Shown: positions 1 through 9,696 of the stretch, piece after piece | Layout: each line of letters begins with the position of its first letter | How positions within the stretch are numbered: the first letter of the stretch is position 1 | Virus record (IMG/VR): IMGVR_UViG_3300042402_002711 | Location: 1 to 53,405 of that record | DNA length: 53,405 bases | From: a virus | Taxonomy: Duplodnaviria; Caudoviricetes | Strand: one strand, 5' to 3' | Program-made: the position numbers and the translations under genes | The notes under the pieces: generated by a model | What the model saw: only the letters and a program-made list of their open reading frames with translations | What the model was told of the DNA's origin: nothing | The model's database searches: none

Positions 1-260
1 GCACCTGTTGAACCTTGGATGCCTTGAGATCCTGTAGCACCTGTAGCACCTGTAGCACCAGTGGCTCCTGTTACTCCTTGAATACCTTGAGATCCTGTAG
101 CACCTGTAGCACCAGTGGCTCCTTGAATACCTTGAGATCCTGTAGCACCTGTAGCACCAGTATTTCCTTGGATGCCTTGAATTCCTTGGATGCCTTGTGA
201 ACCAGTTGTACCTGTTGCTCCGACATTACCAGTGGCTCCAATTGAGCCAGTTGCACCTGT
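1..260. repeat. Degenerate 9-bp tandem repeats encoding collagen triplets (GAT, GSQ, GIQ)
   Basis: Recurring units such as cctgtagca, ccttggatg and ccttgagat are visible directly. Confidence 0.9.
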
Positions 261-599
261 TGCACCAACAGCACCAGCAACTCCACTAGTTCCTGTAGCA
301 CCAATAATGTATCCAATGGTAATACCAGAACCCAGCACACCGAGAGAAGAAACAGGAAATACTACAAAATTACCATTAATGAGAGTTGCACCTGTATACC
401 CAATTCCTGTTACACCAGTTGCACCTGTAGGACCTACAGGACCGCCAGCAGGACCTGTTGCTCCCTGTTGTCCAGTGGCTCCTGTTGGTCCCTGTGGACC
501 GGTTGCTCCATTTACTCCATTTATTCCTAGAGGAGTGGCTACAAGAAGAGTTTGTCCTGTTTGTGCTGTTACAACTAAAACTGATGGGTCGTTTGCCAT
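1..599 (-). CDS. Collagen-like (Gly-X-Y) Thr-rich fibre protein, 3' end beyond the window
   Basis: Not in the ORF track because no stop lies in the window. ATG at 599 directly follows the TAA of the upstream gene. Manual translation gives [50 protein letters not shown]...[19 protein letters not shown], open to the window edge. Confidence 0.9.
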   Translation of the reverse strand, partial: MANDPSVLVVTAQTGQTLLVATPLGINGVNGATGPQGPTGATGQQGATGPAGGPVGPTGATGVTGIGYTGATLINGNFVVFPVSSLGVLGSGITIGYIIGATGTSGVAGAVGATGATGSIGATGNVGATGTTGSQGIQGIQGIQGNTGATGATGSQGIQGATGATGATGSQGIQGVTGATGATGATGATGSQGIQGSTG

Positions 600-1040
600 T
601 TATGTTCTCGTGATTTCGCTTGTGACTTCAAAAAAACCTTCAATAAGGCGTTGAACATCACCGGTTGTGTTAATCAATTCTAAATCATAAAGGTGTCTTC
701 CTTCGGGTACACTGCTCATTGTTATATTATCTATGTCCATATAGATTCCGCCTGTCAGTCCATTTGCACCAGTTTGACCTGTGGTGCTGGCGTTGAGTCT
801 AATACCACCTGTTCCCTGAACTCCCCCTCCAATAGAAAAGTCACCAGTAGTGCCACCTCCTGTGACACCACTGGTGCTCATATAAAGCAGAATTTTAGGA
901 TTTTTAGAGGATCTACGAACTTGCATTCTAGATCCAAACCCGCTCAAATCAATACCATCTCCATCGCCAGTTTTATAGTGTAGATGAAGTCTAAATGTAG
1001 AGCCTTGTTCGGCTTTGATATCGTACTTTGATGCAGGCAT
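600..1040 (-). CDS. Small virion adaptor-like beta-sandwich protein (LtfC/BppU-N-like)
   Basis: 146 aa with the pattern YDIxxEQGSTF...IDLSG...RMQVR...YDLEL...RLIEG typical of phage fibre-attachment proteins. SD GAGG upstream. Abuts the collagen gene. Confidence 0.6.
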   Translation of the reverse strand: MPASKYDIKAEQGSTFRLHLHYKTGDGDGIDLSGFGSRMQVRRSSKNPKILLYMSTSGVTGGGTTGDFSIGGGVQGTGGIRLNASTTGQTGANGLTGGIYMDIDNITMSSVPEGRHLYDLELINTTGDVQRLIEGFFEVTSEITRT

Positions 1041-1049
1041 TATTCCCTC

Positions 1050-2366
1050 TCATCCTTTTACTCTTTCCTTGAATTTCTTCTTGTATTTAGGCTGAGAAGT
1101 TCCTAGACTTAGCGTTGTTTGGTTTGGAACAGGTATCTTTGGTTGAGAAACCGCAACAGTGCTGTTCAATACACCAGGAACTGGTTGCTGTGTTCCCTGT
1201 AACATCTTCTTTTGATGTTCCGCCAACTCCTTTTCTGCCTTTTCGGTTTCTTCTATTTTCTTGCGATATTCAACTAGATTATTTTGAATTCTTTGGAATT
1301 CTGATGGAGGCAATTTTCCACTTGCTATCGCCTTAACACAGGCATCATATCCCTCTTGGAAAGAATGAACATAGTAGGCAGTAGAACCGACTTCATCTAA
1401 AAGCATCCAATCGTACACATCTTGAGAAATAAACAGGATGTCGTGCTTCGGAATGGGAATTGTTAATCCCATTTTCGCATACAGGTATCCAATTCGTGGA
1501 TATCCATTCATTCTGTAGATACGGGAAATATGATAAAGAGGCTCGGCTCGGCACGGACGGTAATTATATGCTCCAAGGAACAGATTGATAATCTGCTCTG
1601 TAGGCTTGCCTTGCATCATTGCAATAATTGCCATTCGGAATAGAGAATAGAAAACTTCCTCTTCCCACCCACCCATCTTTGCCCGCTTTTCATAGGCATC
1701 AAAAGACTTGTCCCACTGTTGTGAGTCAAAATAAGACTGTGCAAGATAGAACTGATAGCGTGAATTTAGAGGCTCTTTTTCTAGAGCCTTCTCAAGTACT
1801 ACGGCATCCCGTGCATACTTTTCTGTTGGAGTGATGCCCTTATTACGAGCACCACCTTCCGTGCGAGCCTCAACATGGTAGCCAGGAATATCCAATTTTG
1901 CTAGAGATAGATCAGGCTTGTTTGGGCAATGGGCATACTCATGCAGTACTCCCTCATAGCACCAGCCTATACCCGTCTTGAATATCTGATTTCTCCACCA
2001 CTCAAAGTTTCCACGCTTGATGCGAACAGAATATCCATCAAAATTTAACTGGTGGGGGAAGTTCATCTCTCCAACAAGATAGTCATCGGCATCAATCATC
2101 CAGGCATAGTCGCCCTTACCGTCGCACAGTTTAAGCGCAGCAGAACGATTGGTGGCAAAGTCTTGCCATTCATGTTGGTGGAGTTCACCAGGAATACCCT
2201 TTTCGGCAAAGTACTGCTTGATAAGTTCCTGTGTTCCGTCAGTTGAACCTGTATCACAGATAACCCAGTAATCAATGAATTTATAAAGAGAATCAAAGCA
2301 CTCTTTGATAATATGTGTTTCATTCTTCACAATCATTGACAAGACAATCTTCTTCTTTTCACTCAT
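1050..2366 (-). CDS. GT2 family glycosyltransferase with C-terminal TPR repeats (SunS/protein O-glycosyltransferase-like architecture)
   Basis: LSMIVKNE, CDTGSTDGT, IDADD (DxD) and GVLHE motifs, followed by TPR-like helices (RYQFYLAQSY, AEPLYHIS). Start chosen at ATG 2366 with SD AAGGA. Confidence 0.88.
   Translation of the reverse strand: MSEKKKIVLSMIVKNETHIIKECFDSLYKFIDYWVICDTGSTDGTQELIKQYFAEKGIPGELHQHEWQDFATNRSAALKLCDGKGDYAWMIDADDYLVGEMNFPHQLNFDGYSVRIKRGNFEWWRNQIFKTGIGWCYEGVLHEYAHCPNKPDLSLAKLDIPGYHVEARTEGGARNKGITPTEKYARDAVVLEKALEKEPLNSRYQFYLAQSYFDSQQWDKSFDAYEKRAKMGGWEEEVFYSLFRMAIIAMMQGKPTEQIINLFLGAYNYRPCRAEPLYHISRIYRMNGYPRIGYLYAKMGLTIPIPKHDILFISQDVYDWMLLDEVGSTAYYVHSFQEGYDACVKAIASGKLPPSEFQRIQNNLVEYRKKIEETEKAEKELAEHQKKMLQGTQQPVPGVLNSTVAVSQPKIPVPNQTTLSLGTSQPKYKKKFKERVKG
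1084..1090 (-). promoter_or_regulatory. Putative gp55-type late promoter CTAAATA
   Basis: T4-like late -10 motif about 45 nt upstream of the 1040 start, inside the 3' end of the GT gene. Confidence 0.45.
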
Positions 2367-2403
2367 AGTGTATTCCTTTTTGCTTTTCAGTGTCATTACA
2401 ACT

Positions 2404-2410
2404 TATGTAT
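2404..2410 (-). promoter_or_regulatory. Putative late promoter ATACATA
   Basis: Intergenic. Same heptamer as upstream of gp13, gp18, gp67 and gp3. Confidence 0.65.
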
Positions 2411-2416
2411 GGTGTA

Positions 2417-3397
2417 TTATTCTATTCCCATAGAACTCATGGAAGAATGTATTTTCTTTGAAGAATCTCCATTACCAAAAGGACAACATTCATCAATTTC
2501 GCAGTTGACTATGGCTACTTTATATATGGATGAAAGAAACTTTGGTTCTTGTACCATTATTTGATTGTTTGCTGGTCTTTCTGTTACCTTCCTGCAAACT
2601 AGAACCTTCTTTTTGAAGAAACTTGCTTCTTCCTGTATTCCACCGCTGTCAGAAATAACACATTTGCACTTCGACATTAGGTTTAGCAGTTCTGCATGGT
2701 TCATCGGTGGGACAACGCTTGTTTTAGACAATACCTTTGCCGCTGCTTCTCTAATAATAGGATTTGGGTGTAAAGGTAGTATAAATTCAGTTTGTGGATA
2801 CTCTTCTGCTAGAGATTCAATTGCAGAAAACCATTTCTCGATATCTGGAAGATTCTCTCTTCTGTGCATAGTTATGAGAACCCTATCTTCATACGAGATA
2901 GGAAGAACAGGAAGAGTGTCTATAACAGTATTTCCAACTATTTCAATATGACCATTCTTTCTCTCTATAAGGAGATTTTTGTAGTCATTTTCTGTTGGGC
3001 AATAGTGATTTGTTGCTAGACAAGATATCATCTGTCTATACGACTCTTCTGGATAAGGATTTTGCTTATCGAATGTTCTCAAACCAGCCTCAACATGAGA
3101 AACAGGTATTCCTCTGTTAAAAGCAGCAAGAGCAACCGCAAATGCAGATGCTGTATCTCCCTGTACAACAACATGAGTGATACCATCAAATACATCTGCT
3201 ATCAATATAGAAGAGACAATATCATTAAGCCTGTTGGCTCCGTCTTTGATTTCGATCCTTCTATCAAAACCAAAATCTCCAATATCTTTCTGCTGTCCGG
3301 TATAGAGAACACAGACTTCTTTGTCTTTTTTAAGACATTGAATAAGAGTTTTTAATTTAATCCACTCTGGTCTTGTTCCATAAGCCACTAAAATCAT
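2417..3397 (-). CDS. wecB: UDP-N-acetylglucosamine 2-epimerase (non-hydrolysing)
   Basis: GTRPE, QGDT, HVEAGLRT, PYPEE, HRREN and DSGGIQEEA motifs. Confidence 0.93.
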   Translation of the reverse strand: MILVAYGTRPEWIKLKTLIQCLKKDKEVCVLYTGQQKDIGDFGFDRRIEIKDGANRLNDIVSSILIADVFDGITHVVVQGDTASAFAVALAAFNRGIPVSHVEAGLRTFDKQNPYPEESYRQMISCLATNHYCPTENDYKNLLIERKNGHIEIVGNTVIDTLPVLPISYEDRVLITMHRRENLPDIEKWFSAIESLAEEYPQTEFILPLHPNPIIREAAAKVLSKTSVVPPMNHAELLNLMSKCKCVISDSGGIQEEASFFKKKVLVCRKVTERPANNQIMVQEPKFLSSIYKVAIVNCEIDECCPFGNGDSSKKIHSSMSSMGIE

Positions 3398-3398
3398 A

Positions 3399-4103
3399 TC
3401 AATTTTCCTTCCACATCATTTTATTGGCTACTTGATAAGAAGGATGTGTTCCCGCATCTGTCCACCAACCATCAACATAACTAAAAGAAACTTTATCTTT
3501 ACTTAAGTAAGAATTGATTACATCGCTGATTTCATACTCTCCTCTTTCTGAAGGAGATATTTCCTCTATTATTGAGAAAACACTATTATCAAATATGTAC
3601 ACTCCAATACAAGCAAATGCAGTCTCAACATCTTTCGGCTTTTCATCCAGGCGATAGAGTTTCCCATTATTGAATCTACCTATTCCATATCTGTGTCCGT
3701 CTGGAACAAACTTAAACAGCAAATGACATCCACTCTTAAAAGACTCAATATAGTTAGAAAGATTAAACTTGAACATATTATCACCAAGTATCACAAGACA
3801 ACTATCGCTTCCTACAAATTCTTTAGCATTAGCCAATGCACCAGCAACTCCATCTGGTTTATCTTGTGTCTTATATGTGATATTGCATTTGAAATCTGCT
3901 CCACTTTTAAGTAGCATAGAAAAATGACCAACATATTCAGGATTTGTCAATATTAATATGTCTTTGATTCCAGATTCAACCATTCTTTCTACACAATGCA
4001 TTACCATCGGCTTGCCGCCGACAGGAAGAAGATGTTTATTAACAGATATAGTCAAAGGATGAAGTCTAGAACCAGATCCGCCAGCGAGTATAACACCTTT
4101 CAT
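3399..4103 (-). CDS. rmlA: Glucose-1-phosphate thymidylyltransferase / sugar-phosphate nucleotidyltransferase (RmlA-like, short form)
   Basis: MKGVILAGGSGSRL, LGDN, EKP, SERGEYEI and WWTDAGT motifs. ATG 4103 with SD GAGGT. Confidence 0.88.
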   Translation of the reverse strand: MKGVILAGGSGSRLHPLTISVNKHLLPVGGKPMVMHCVERMVESGIKDILILTNPEYVGHFSMLLKSGADFKCNITYKTQDKPDGVAGALANAKEFVGSDSCLVILGDNMFKFNLSNYIESFKSGCHLLFKFVPDGHRYGIGRFNNGKLYRLDEKPKDVETAFACIGVYIFDNSVFSIIEEISPSERGEYEISDVINSYLSKDKVSFSYVDGWWTDAGTHPSYQVANKMMWKEN

Positions 4104-4110
4104 AATTACC

Positions 4111-5124
4111 TCATTTCGAATGCTTATCAACCATATCGAGATCGGCAGTAGAGGTGTTTTGAAGACTATTTTCAACTTGATTCAAAACCCACCGATATGT
4201 TCTATTCATCCCTTCTTCAAGGGTGATTGGAATATAATTGCCTAATTTTGTGTTATAAAGTCTCTGATCTGAATTGCGTCCTCTTACCCCCTCTGGACCT
4301 GCTATATTCTTTACTGAAATATTTTTATTTGAAATACCAATAACCATTTTTGCTAAATCATTAATTGAAATCATCTCTTCAGAACCAATATTTACTGGAC
4401 CTGTCCAGTTACTTCTAGTTAAACGCAATATCATGTTCACACAATCATCAATATACAAAAACGATCTTGTTTGCTTTCCATCTCCCCAAACTTCTATCTC
4501 TCCATTAGTATTTTCTGCTACTTTGCGACACATGGCAGCAGGAGCCTTTTCTTTGCCCCCCCTCCATGTTCCTTCTGGTCCGAAAATGTTGTGGAATCTT
4601 GCTATTCTTACTGGCAGACCATAGTTTCTTTCCCATGATAAATACAGCCTTTCGCTGAATAATTTTTCCCATCCATATTCCGAATCAGGATTTGCAGGAT
4701 ATGCAGACTCTTCGGTGCATATCGGATTATTTGGATCAAGTTGATTGTGTTCTGGGTACATACAAGCAGAAGAAGAATAGAATACTCTTCCCACACCATA
4801 ACGATGACATCTCTCAACAATATTCAGATTTATTAAAGCAGAATTATGCATTACATCTGCATCATGGTCACCAGTAAAAATATATCCAGCACCTCCCATA
4901 TCCGCTGCTAACTGATACACTTCATCAAATTTTCTATCAAATAACTTTTCACAAACTTCTTGATTTCTCAAATCACCAATAACAAAATCATCAGCAGGAG
5001 ATGCCGAAAAATCAGGATATTTAAGATCAACCGCACGGACCCAAAATCCCTCTGACTTCAACTTTTTTACTAAATGACTTCCTATAAATCCACCACCACC
5101 ACATACCAAAGCATACTTGTTCAT
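4111..5124 (-). CDS. NAD-dependent epimerase/dehydratase, GDP-mannose 3,5-epimerase-like
   Basis: GGGGFIG, LAADMGGAG, YSSSACMYP, YGWEK, GGKEKAPAAMCRK and GPEGVRGRNSD, which match the GME subfamily. Confidence 0.88.
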   Translation of the reverse strand: MNKYALVCGGGGFIGSHLVKKLKSEGFWVRAVDLKYPDFSASPADDFVIGDLRNQEVCEKLFDRKFDEVYQLAADMGGAGYIFTGDHDADVMHNSALINLNIVERCHRYGVGRVFYSSSACMYPEHNQLDPNNPICTEESAYPANPDSEYGWEKLFSERLYLSWERNYGLPVRIARFHNIFGPEGTWRGGKEKAPAAMCRKVAENTNGEIEVWGDGKQTRSFLYIDDCVNMILRLTRSNWTGPVNIGSEEMISINDLAKMVIGISNKNISVKNIAGPEGVRGRNSDQRLYNTKLGNYIPITLEEGMNRTYRWVLNQVENSLQNTSTADLDMVDKHSK

Positions 5125-5125
5125 T

Positions 5126-6241
5126 TTAATTATCCTTTTTCTCGTAGGTAAAAAGATTACCATAATCTTTTTTGACTTTTTCGATTACTTCTTCACAGTC
5201 TTGAATAAGGACTTTGTATCCTAATTTTGCAATCTCTACAGCATATTTTAGTTGTTGGGATTCTTCAAGAATAGTAGAACCTTTTTTATAGGATACTCCA
5301 TCAATCTTGTATACATTGTGCTTATTTGTTTTATTTCGATTATCGAATAGTTTTACTTGTTCGATTAAATGCATACTATTAGCAATATCTGTTGCTTTAC
5401 TTATTTCCGCAGGACTTCCTATATCTAGAGCGTATATTCCCAATGCCCTATTGTCTCTAGGGAAACAAGGACCACCAAAACCAAATCCATACTTCAGATA
5501 TTTTTTATTTACTCTTGTATCACTACCAATAGCATTAAGAATAACATCGGGGTTTCCACCAGAAGCGATTGAAATATCACCAACCATGTTAGCAAATGCT
5601 ATCTTAGTGGTTAGAAAGCAATTCAACGATATTTTTGTAATCTCTGCTTCAATTGGCTTCATTCTACAGATAGTTGGATTACTATCTGTATGCCTCTTGT
5701 AGATAAGTTCTAACATATCACCTGCTTCTTTTGAACCTTCACCAATCAAAACCATATCAGGAGATTTCTGATCTTTGAGAATAGTTCCTTGAGCAATAAA
5801 TTCTGGATTATATGAAACTGTATAATTGTAATCCTTAACTCTTTCATATAGACTATCTGTATATTTTGGCATTACTGTGCAACAAATAACCAAGTGCTTT
5901 TTTGTTGCTTGCTTGCCTAAAGCAATTATCTGTTCACATACAGAATCGACTTGTGAGTGATCGTATCTTCCATTGTCCAAAGATGGAGTTGCTACAACAA
6001 TAAAAATAACATTGCTATAATTTATTCCTTCTGACAACGATGTTGTTGCTTTGAAATTTTTAGATTTACTGAGTTTTTCTATAACACCTGGCTCCGCTGT
6101 TTTGTATCTTTTCTCATTAATAGAATCAACATATTCTTGTTTTATATCTACCCCCAAAACAGAATATCCCGATTCTTCTAAAGTTAAAGAAAAGCAAAGT
6201 CCTAACTTACCTATTCCTAAAACTGTTATTTGTTCATTCAT
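5126..6241 (-). CDS. UDP-glucose/GDP-mannose 6-dehydrogenase family protein
   Basis: GIGKLG Rossmann motif, NPEF and catalytic GFGGPCFPRD. Confidence 0.9.
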   Translation of the reverse strand: MNEQITVLGIGKLGLCFSLTLEESGYSVLGVDIKQEYVDSINEKRYKTAEPGVIEKLSKSKNFKATTSLSEGINYSNVIFIVVATPSLDNGRYDHSQVDSVCEQIIALGKQATKKHLVICCTVMPKYTDSLYERVKDYNYTVSYNPEFIAQGTILKDQKSPDMVLIGEGSKEAGDMLELIYKRHTDSNPTICRMKPIEAEITKISLNCFLTTKIAFANMVGDISIASGGNPDVILNAIGSDTRVNKKYLKYGFGFGGPCFPRDNRALGIYALDIGSPAEISKATDIANSMHLIEQVKLFDNRNKTNKHNVYKIDGVSYKKGSTILEESQQLKYAVEIAKLGYKVLIQDCEEVIEKVKKDYGNLFTYEKKDN

Positions 6242-7037
6242 GTTCCACCTTGAATACTGGTATTGGTATCATTTTATGATTGTTTCTTGTATTGTAATCT
6301 CTATAAATCTCTATAACTTTTATTTGTCTCTCCGTCATCTCTTTAAAGCATTTATCATTATCAATAGCCCACATAGCCCACTCCAACTCTTCATATGAAG
6401 CACCTATTTGAGATTCATCTGTCCTGTCATCTTCCCAAAGACCGTCTGTTGGCTTTGCCTCTATGATTTCCTTGCATACCCCCAATGAACGCCCCAATTC
6501 CCTCACTTGTGTCTTAGTTAAATCGGCAATAGGAGAAATATCCACACCACCATCACCATACTTTGTGAAGAAACCAATGCCAAAATCCTCGACTTTATTT
6601 CCCGTGCCTACCACTATTCCCGAGTTCACTCCAGCAATTCTATAAAGTGTAAGCATTCTCATGCGTGACTTCATGTTTGCGTTGGCTAGATCGTGATTAT
6701 GCTTCCGAGCATCTTTGGTTGCTTCCCCGAGTTTATTGGCAAGCATATCGTACTCATCGCTTAGGTCAACAGTTATCACCTTCACATTTTGGTGATTTTC
6801 GGAGAGGTACTTGCAATGCAATGCCGACAAGTTGGTATTGGTCTTGTTAGACTTGATGGGGATATTCACAACAATCGTCTCAATACCCGTCAATGCACAA
6901 AGCGTTGACACTACGGCTGAATCTATCCCGCCAGAAACACCTACAACCAATGTGGTTATGCCCTTGCCGTTAACATATTTTTTTATCCACTGTACAATGA
7001 GTCCGCTCAACAAATCGTATTCCAGAGAGTTCTTCAT
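6234..7037 (-). CDS. nadE: NH3-dependent NAD+ synthetase
   Basis: GVSGGIDS PP-loop, NMKSRMRM, GTGNKVE, FFTKYGDGG and PTDGLW motifs. No glutaminase domain. Confidence 0.93.
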   Translation of the reverse strand: MKNSLEYDLLSGLIVQWIKKYVNGKGITTLVVGVSGGIDSAVVSTLCALTGIETIVVNIPIKSNKTNTNLSALHCKYLSENHQNVKVITVDLSDEYDMLANKLGEATKDARKHNHDLANANMKSRMRMLTLYRIAGVNSGIVVGTGNKVEDFGIGFFTKYGDGGVDISPIADLTKTQVRELGRSLGVCKEIIEAKPTDGLWEDDRTDESQIGASYEELEWAMWAIDNDKCFKEMTERQIKVIEIYRDYNTRNNHKMIPIPVFKVEHE

Positions 7038-7040
7038 AGA

Positions 7041-7835
7041 TTAGTTCCTTCTCAACTTAGCGTTGATAAGCATATGCCAACCGAATCTTTTCTCTAATGC
7101 TCTGAACATTTCCATTGGCATTGATTCAAACCAAGGATGCTTCACATACCGATTTTCCTTGTAGTACTTTATCTGATATGGAAATATATGATCTTGCTCT
7201 TTACTCAAGATCTCAAATCCATCAAATAGATCCTTAACACCATCATCGGTGTATGTTACTGCTATTGGACAACCGTATTGTGCTTCTGGTTGATCCAATC
7301 CATTCTCTATCATACAGTCCTTCCATGAATTTTTGGAGTAAACCATTACCTTCAGAAGGCTATCTTGATTCATGTATCTCTTGGCTTGCTCTAAGATACT
7401 CTTGGGATTTGGACTGTGATGAATAACACCAAATGAGTAGATCAAGTCGTATTCTTCTTGAGGCAAAAACTCAGAAAGTTCCTCAGCATTCCCCAAGTAA
7501 AACTTTCCATTCAGTCCATAGACTTCAAATCGCTTCCGAGTCAAATCCAATGATGCTTCGGACAGTTCTACTCCAGTGTATAGGGCACCATGCTTGGCAA
7601 ACAGAGTAGCCATAGTTCCTATACCACAACCTATCTCCAAAACCTTCTTACCTCTCCAACGATCAAATTCAGAAAAATCAACAATATGAGGCTCTACTCT
7701 CAGTTTCTTCTCTTGCACTTCCTCGAAGTAATCCAAAGTACCGATCTCTTTGTTAGAATGTCTGATATTGCATGGTCTAGATGACCAAAACTTCTCAACA
7801 TCTATGATGGTTGGTTGAGTCTGACTGTATTTCAT
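7041..7835 (-). CDS. Class I SAM-dependent methyltransferase
   Basis: VLEIGCGIG motif I and YDLIYSFGVIHH. ATG 7835 forms an ATGA overlap with the upstream stop. Confidence 0.88.
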   Translation of the reverse strand: MKYSQTQPTIIDVEKFWSSRPCNIRHSNKEIGTLDYFEEVQEKKLRVEPHIVDFSEFDRWRGKKVLEIGCGIGTMATLFAKHGALYTGVELSEASLDLTRKRFEVYGLNGKFYLGNAEELSEFLPQEEYDLIYSFGVIHHSPNPKSILEQAKRYMNQDSLLKVMVYSKNSWKDCMIENGLDQPEAQYGCPIAVTYTDDGVKDLFDGFEILSKEQDHIFPYQIKYYKENRYVKHPWFESMPMEMFRALEKRFGWHMLINAKLRRN

Positions 7836-8707
7836 AACTGTATCCATTCTTTGGGGTAGAAACCATCTCTCAACTGTGTACTGTTATCTAGGTGATAGTC
7901 TTGTGGGCACAGGACAATCTTGTTTGGGTTGGGGTTGAGATATGCCGCCCACCAACCGAATGAAGATGCGGGAGACAAGATGTTGTGGTGACAGAGCATT
8001 ATCCTTGTGAAGTCGGCAATTGGATCGTTTGAATCTGACACATGGTAAAGATCCCCGTCTCCGAAGTTCTTCTTCGCCCACCTTATGTCTTCAGAGTCAT
8101 CCCCAGTTCTACTCCCACCCACAAATATCAAGTACTTGTAGTTTCCATGACCGAATATCTGAGAGATCCTTGTCGAGCATTTCTTGAAATAACTACCCCA
8201 ACGATAACGAGTATCTAGGGGATCTTCCCCGAATAGTCCTATCTCACCATTCGTGCCGTCTGTAATATCACCCCTCCTGATGTGAAGGGAAACAACTTGC
8301 TTTCCACCAGATATCGAAGAGATGTAATCAAAGGCTTTGTCTATATGCTCTTCCTTTGGTGTCAACTCCTTACAGATCTGCGACTTGATATGTTCGAAGT
8401 ACTTTGTGTTTTGGAAAAATCCGAATAGATTCGTGTTGTCGCTCACCATTTCCATCTGTGGGTAGAAGAAGCCTGCTGGATTAGGCTCCACAACAGTGTT
8501 GAAATTCAACGCTGCTTCTGGGCTTACCCTGTTACACTCCAATCTAAACTCATCCAATAGACACCTTTGACCGTGCCAACTCTTGTTTGATAGATCGGGA
8601 ATAGTGGGGGATAGACCACGCTTGGCTGCTATCCCCTTCAAAGAAGCATATTGAAAGAGTTGGTTGCCTAAGCGACCATATCCACCTAATTCGGAGAAGT
8701 ATAGCAT
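7832..8707 (-). CDS. GT11 family alpha-1,2-fucosyltransferase-like glycosyltransferase
   Basis: GRLGNQLFQYA, HIRRGD and SSFGWWAAYL, the GT11 signature motifs. Confidence 0.9.
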   Translation of the reverse strand: MLYFSELGGYGRLGNQLFQYASLKGIAAKRGLSPTIPDLSNKSWHGQRCLLDEFRLECNRVSPEAALNFNTVVEPNPAGFFYPQMEMVSDNTNLFGFFQNTKYFEHIKSQICKELTPKEEHIDKAFDYISSISGGKQVVSLHIRRGDITDGTNGEIGLFGEDPLDTRYRWGSYFKKCSTRISQIFGHGNYKYLIFVGGSRTGDDSEDIRWAKKNFGDGDLYHVSDSNDPIADFTRIMLCHHNILSPASSFGWWAAYLNPNPNKIVLCPQDYHLDNSTQLRDGFYPKEWIQL

Positions 8708-9696
8708 TCTTCACTCTCCATTTGATTTATCGTTGCTAATGTTCCTTCACCGTCCATCTCCAAGCAGTTATCGAACGCTCTATCCAACATTGGTTGATAC
8801 TCGTCGTAGTTGGCTAGGATTTGGTCTATCTTCTTCTTCATGTCGGGAATATCATCGAAGTATACAAATTGGTCTTCACCAAAGAAATCTTCTATGATGT
8901 TCCAGCGATCACGCTGAACCAATATCACACTTCTTCCATATGCTGCCTCTGCTGTACGACACTTGTATTGTGGAATGATTGGAACAGGTAAATCTACACC
9001 TTGGAACGCCTCATTCTTTTCCCAATCCTTGTACCTCTTGATGCTAGAGATATGTGCTTGAGTCAATGGACATTGATTGAAGACTATGCTGATCTTTGTG
9101 TTTGCAACCATCTGCATCTTTTCGTGGTGGGAAAGATTCACATCCGTTGTGTACTCATTTGGGTAGATGTAGGAGATCCTGCTATTGTACTCCTTTAGAA
9201 CCTTAGCCATATCTTGGTGATACTTCCCATGAATTCCGCCAAAATAACACACATCGTACTTCTTTGTGTAGTTCAACGGATATCCACCGTAGTCATTAGG
9301 TGATGCAAATGGATGCCAAATATAGCGATACCGAGTGTCTCCTGCAACATCTCTCAACCATTGAATAGTATATGGACAAATGGAGTAGATGCGATCAAAA
9401 TATCTAGTATAGTTTCCGTCTGGTTGCCAAGGAGTATTTCCGTCTTTCACGGGAGCATCACAGTTAAACTCGGTTGGCATCCATAAATTAAGAAGTATTT
9501 TCTCTTTACAACTAGAGAAATGATGTCTAAGATTTGCATTGAATAACGAGTTGTATCCGTAGAACAAAACCTTATCGGATTGATGCTTCGAAAATCTTGT
9601 TAGATTTATTCTAACTGTTGGACCATCTAAATAATCTCCACTCGGATCATTTACTATCTTCATTGAGTTAAACCTTTCAATATTGCACATTATCAA
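8686..9696 (-). CDS. Putative GT-B glycosyltransferase (CgeB/Glyco_trans_1_2-like C-terminus)
   Basis: KKYDVCYFG...TKISIVFN...KCRTAEAA...IEDFF...FVYFD pattern plus cluster context. Start codon uncertain (9696, 9690 or 9663). Confidence 0.6.
   Translation of the reverse strand: MIMCNIERFNSMKIVNDPSGDYLDGPTVRINLTRFSKHQSDKVLFYGYNSLFNANLRHHFSSCKEKILLNLWMPTEFNCDAPVKDGNTPWQPDGNYTRYFDRIYSICPYTIQWLRDVAGDTRYRYIWHPFASPNDYGGYPLNYTKKYDVCYFGGIHGKYHQDMAKVLKEYNSRISYIYPNEYTTDVNLSHHEKMQMVANTKISIVFNQCPLTQAHISSIKRYKDWEKNEAFQGVDLPVPIIPQYKCRTAEAAYGRSVILVQRDRWNIIEDFFGEDQFVYFDDIPDMKKKIDQILANYDEYQPMLDRAFDNCLEMDGEGTLATINQMESEECYTSPN

Noticed and set aside
1-260. Short repeats as a possible CRISPR array
   Set aside because: The units are 9-bp coding repeats with no unique spacers, and no cas genes are present.
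15-654. Plus-strand ORFs 15-200 and 190-654, and minus-strand ORF 71-340
   Set aside because: These are shadow frames of the collagen-like gene. PVAP repeats are the antisense reading of GAT-G repeats.
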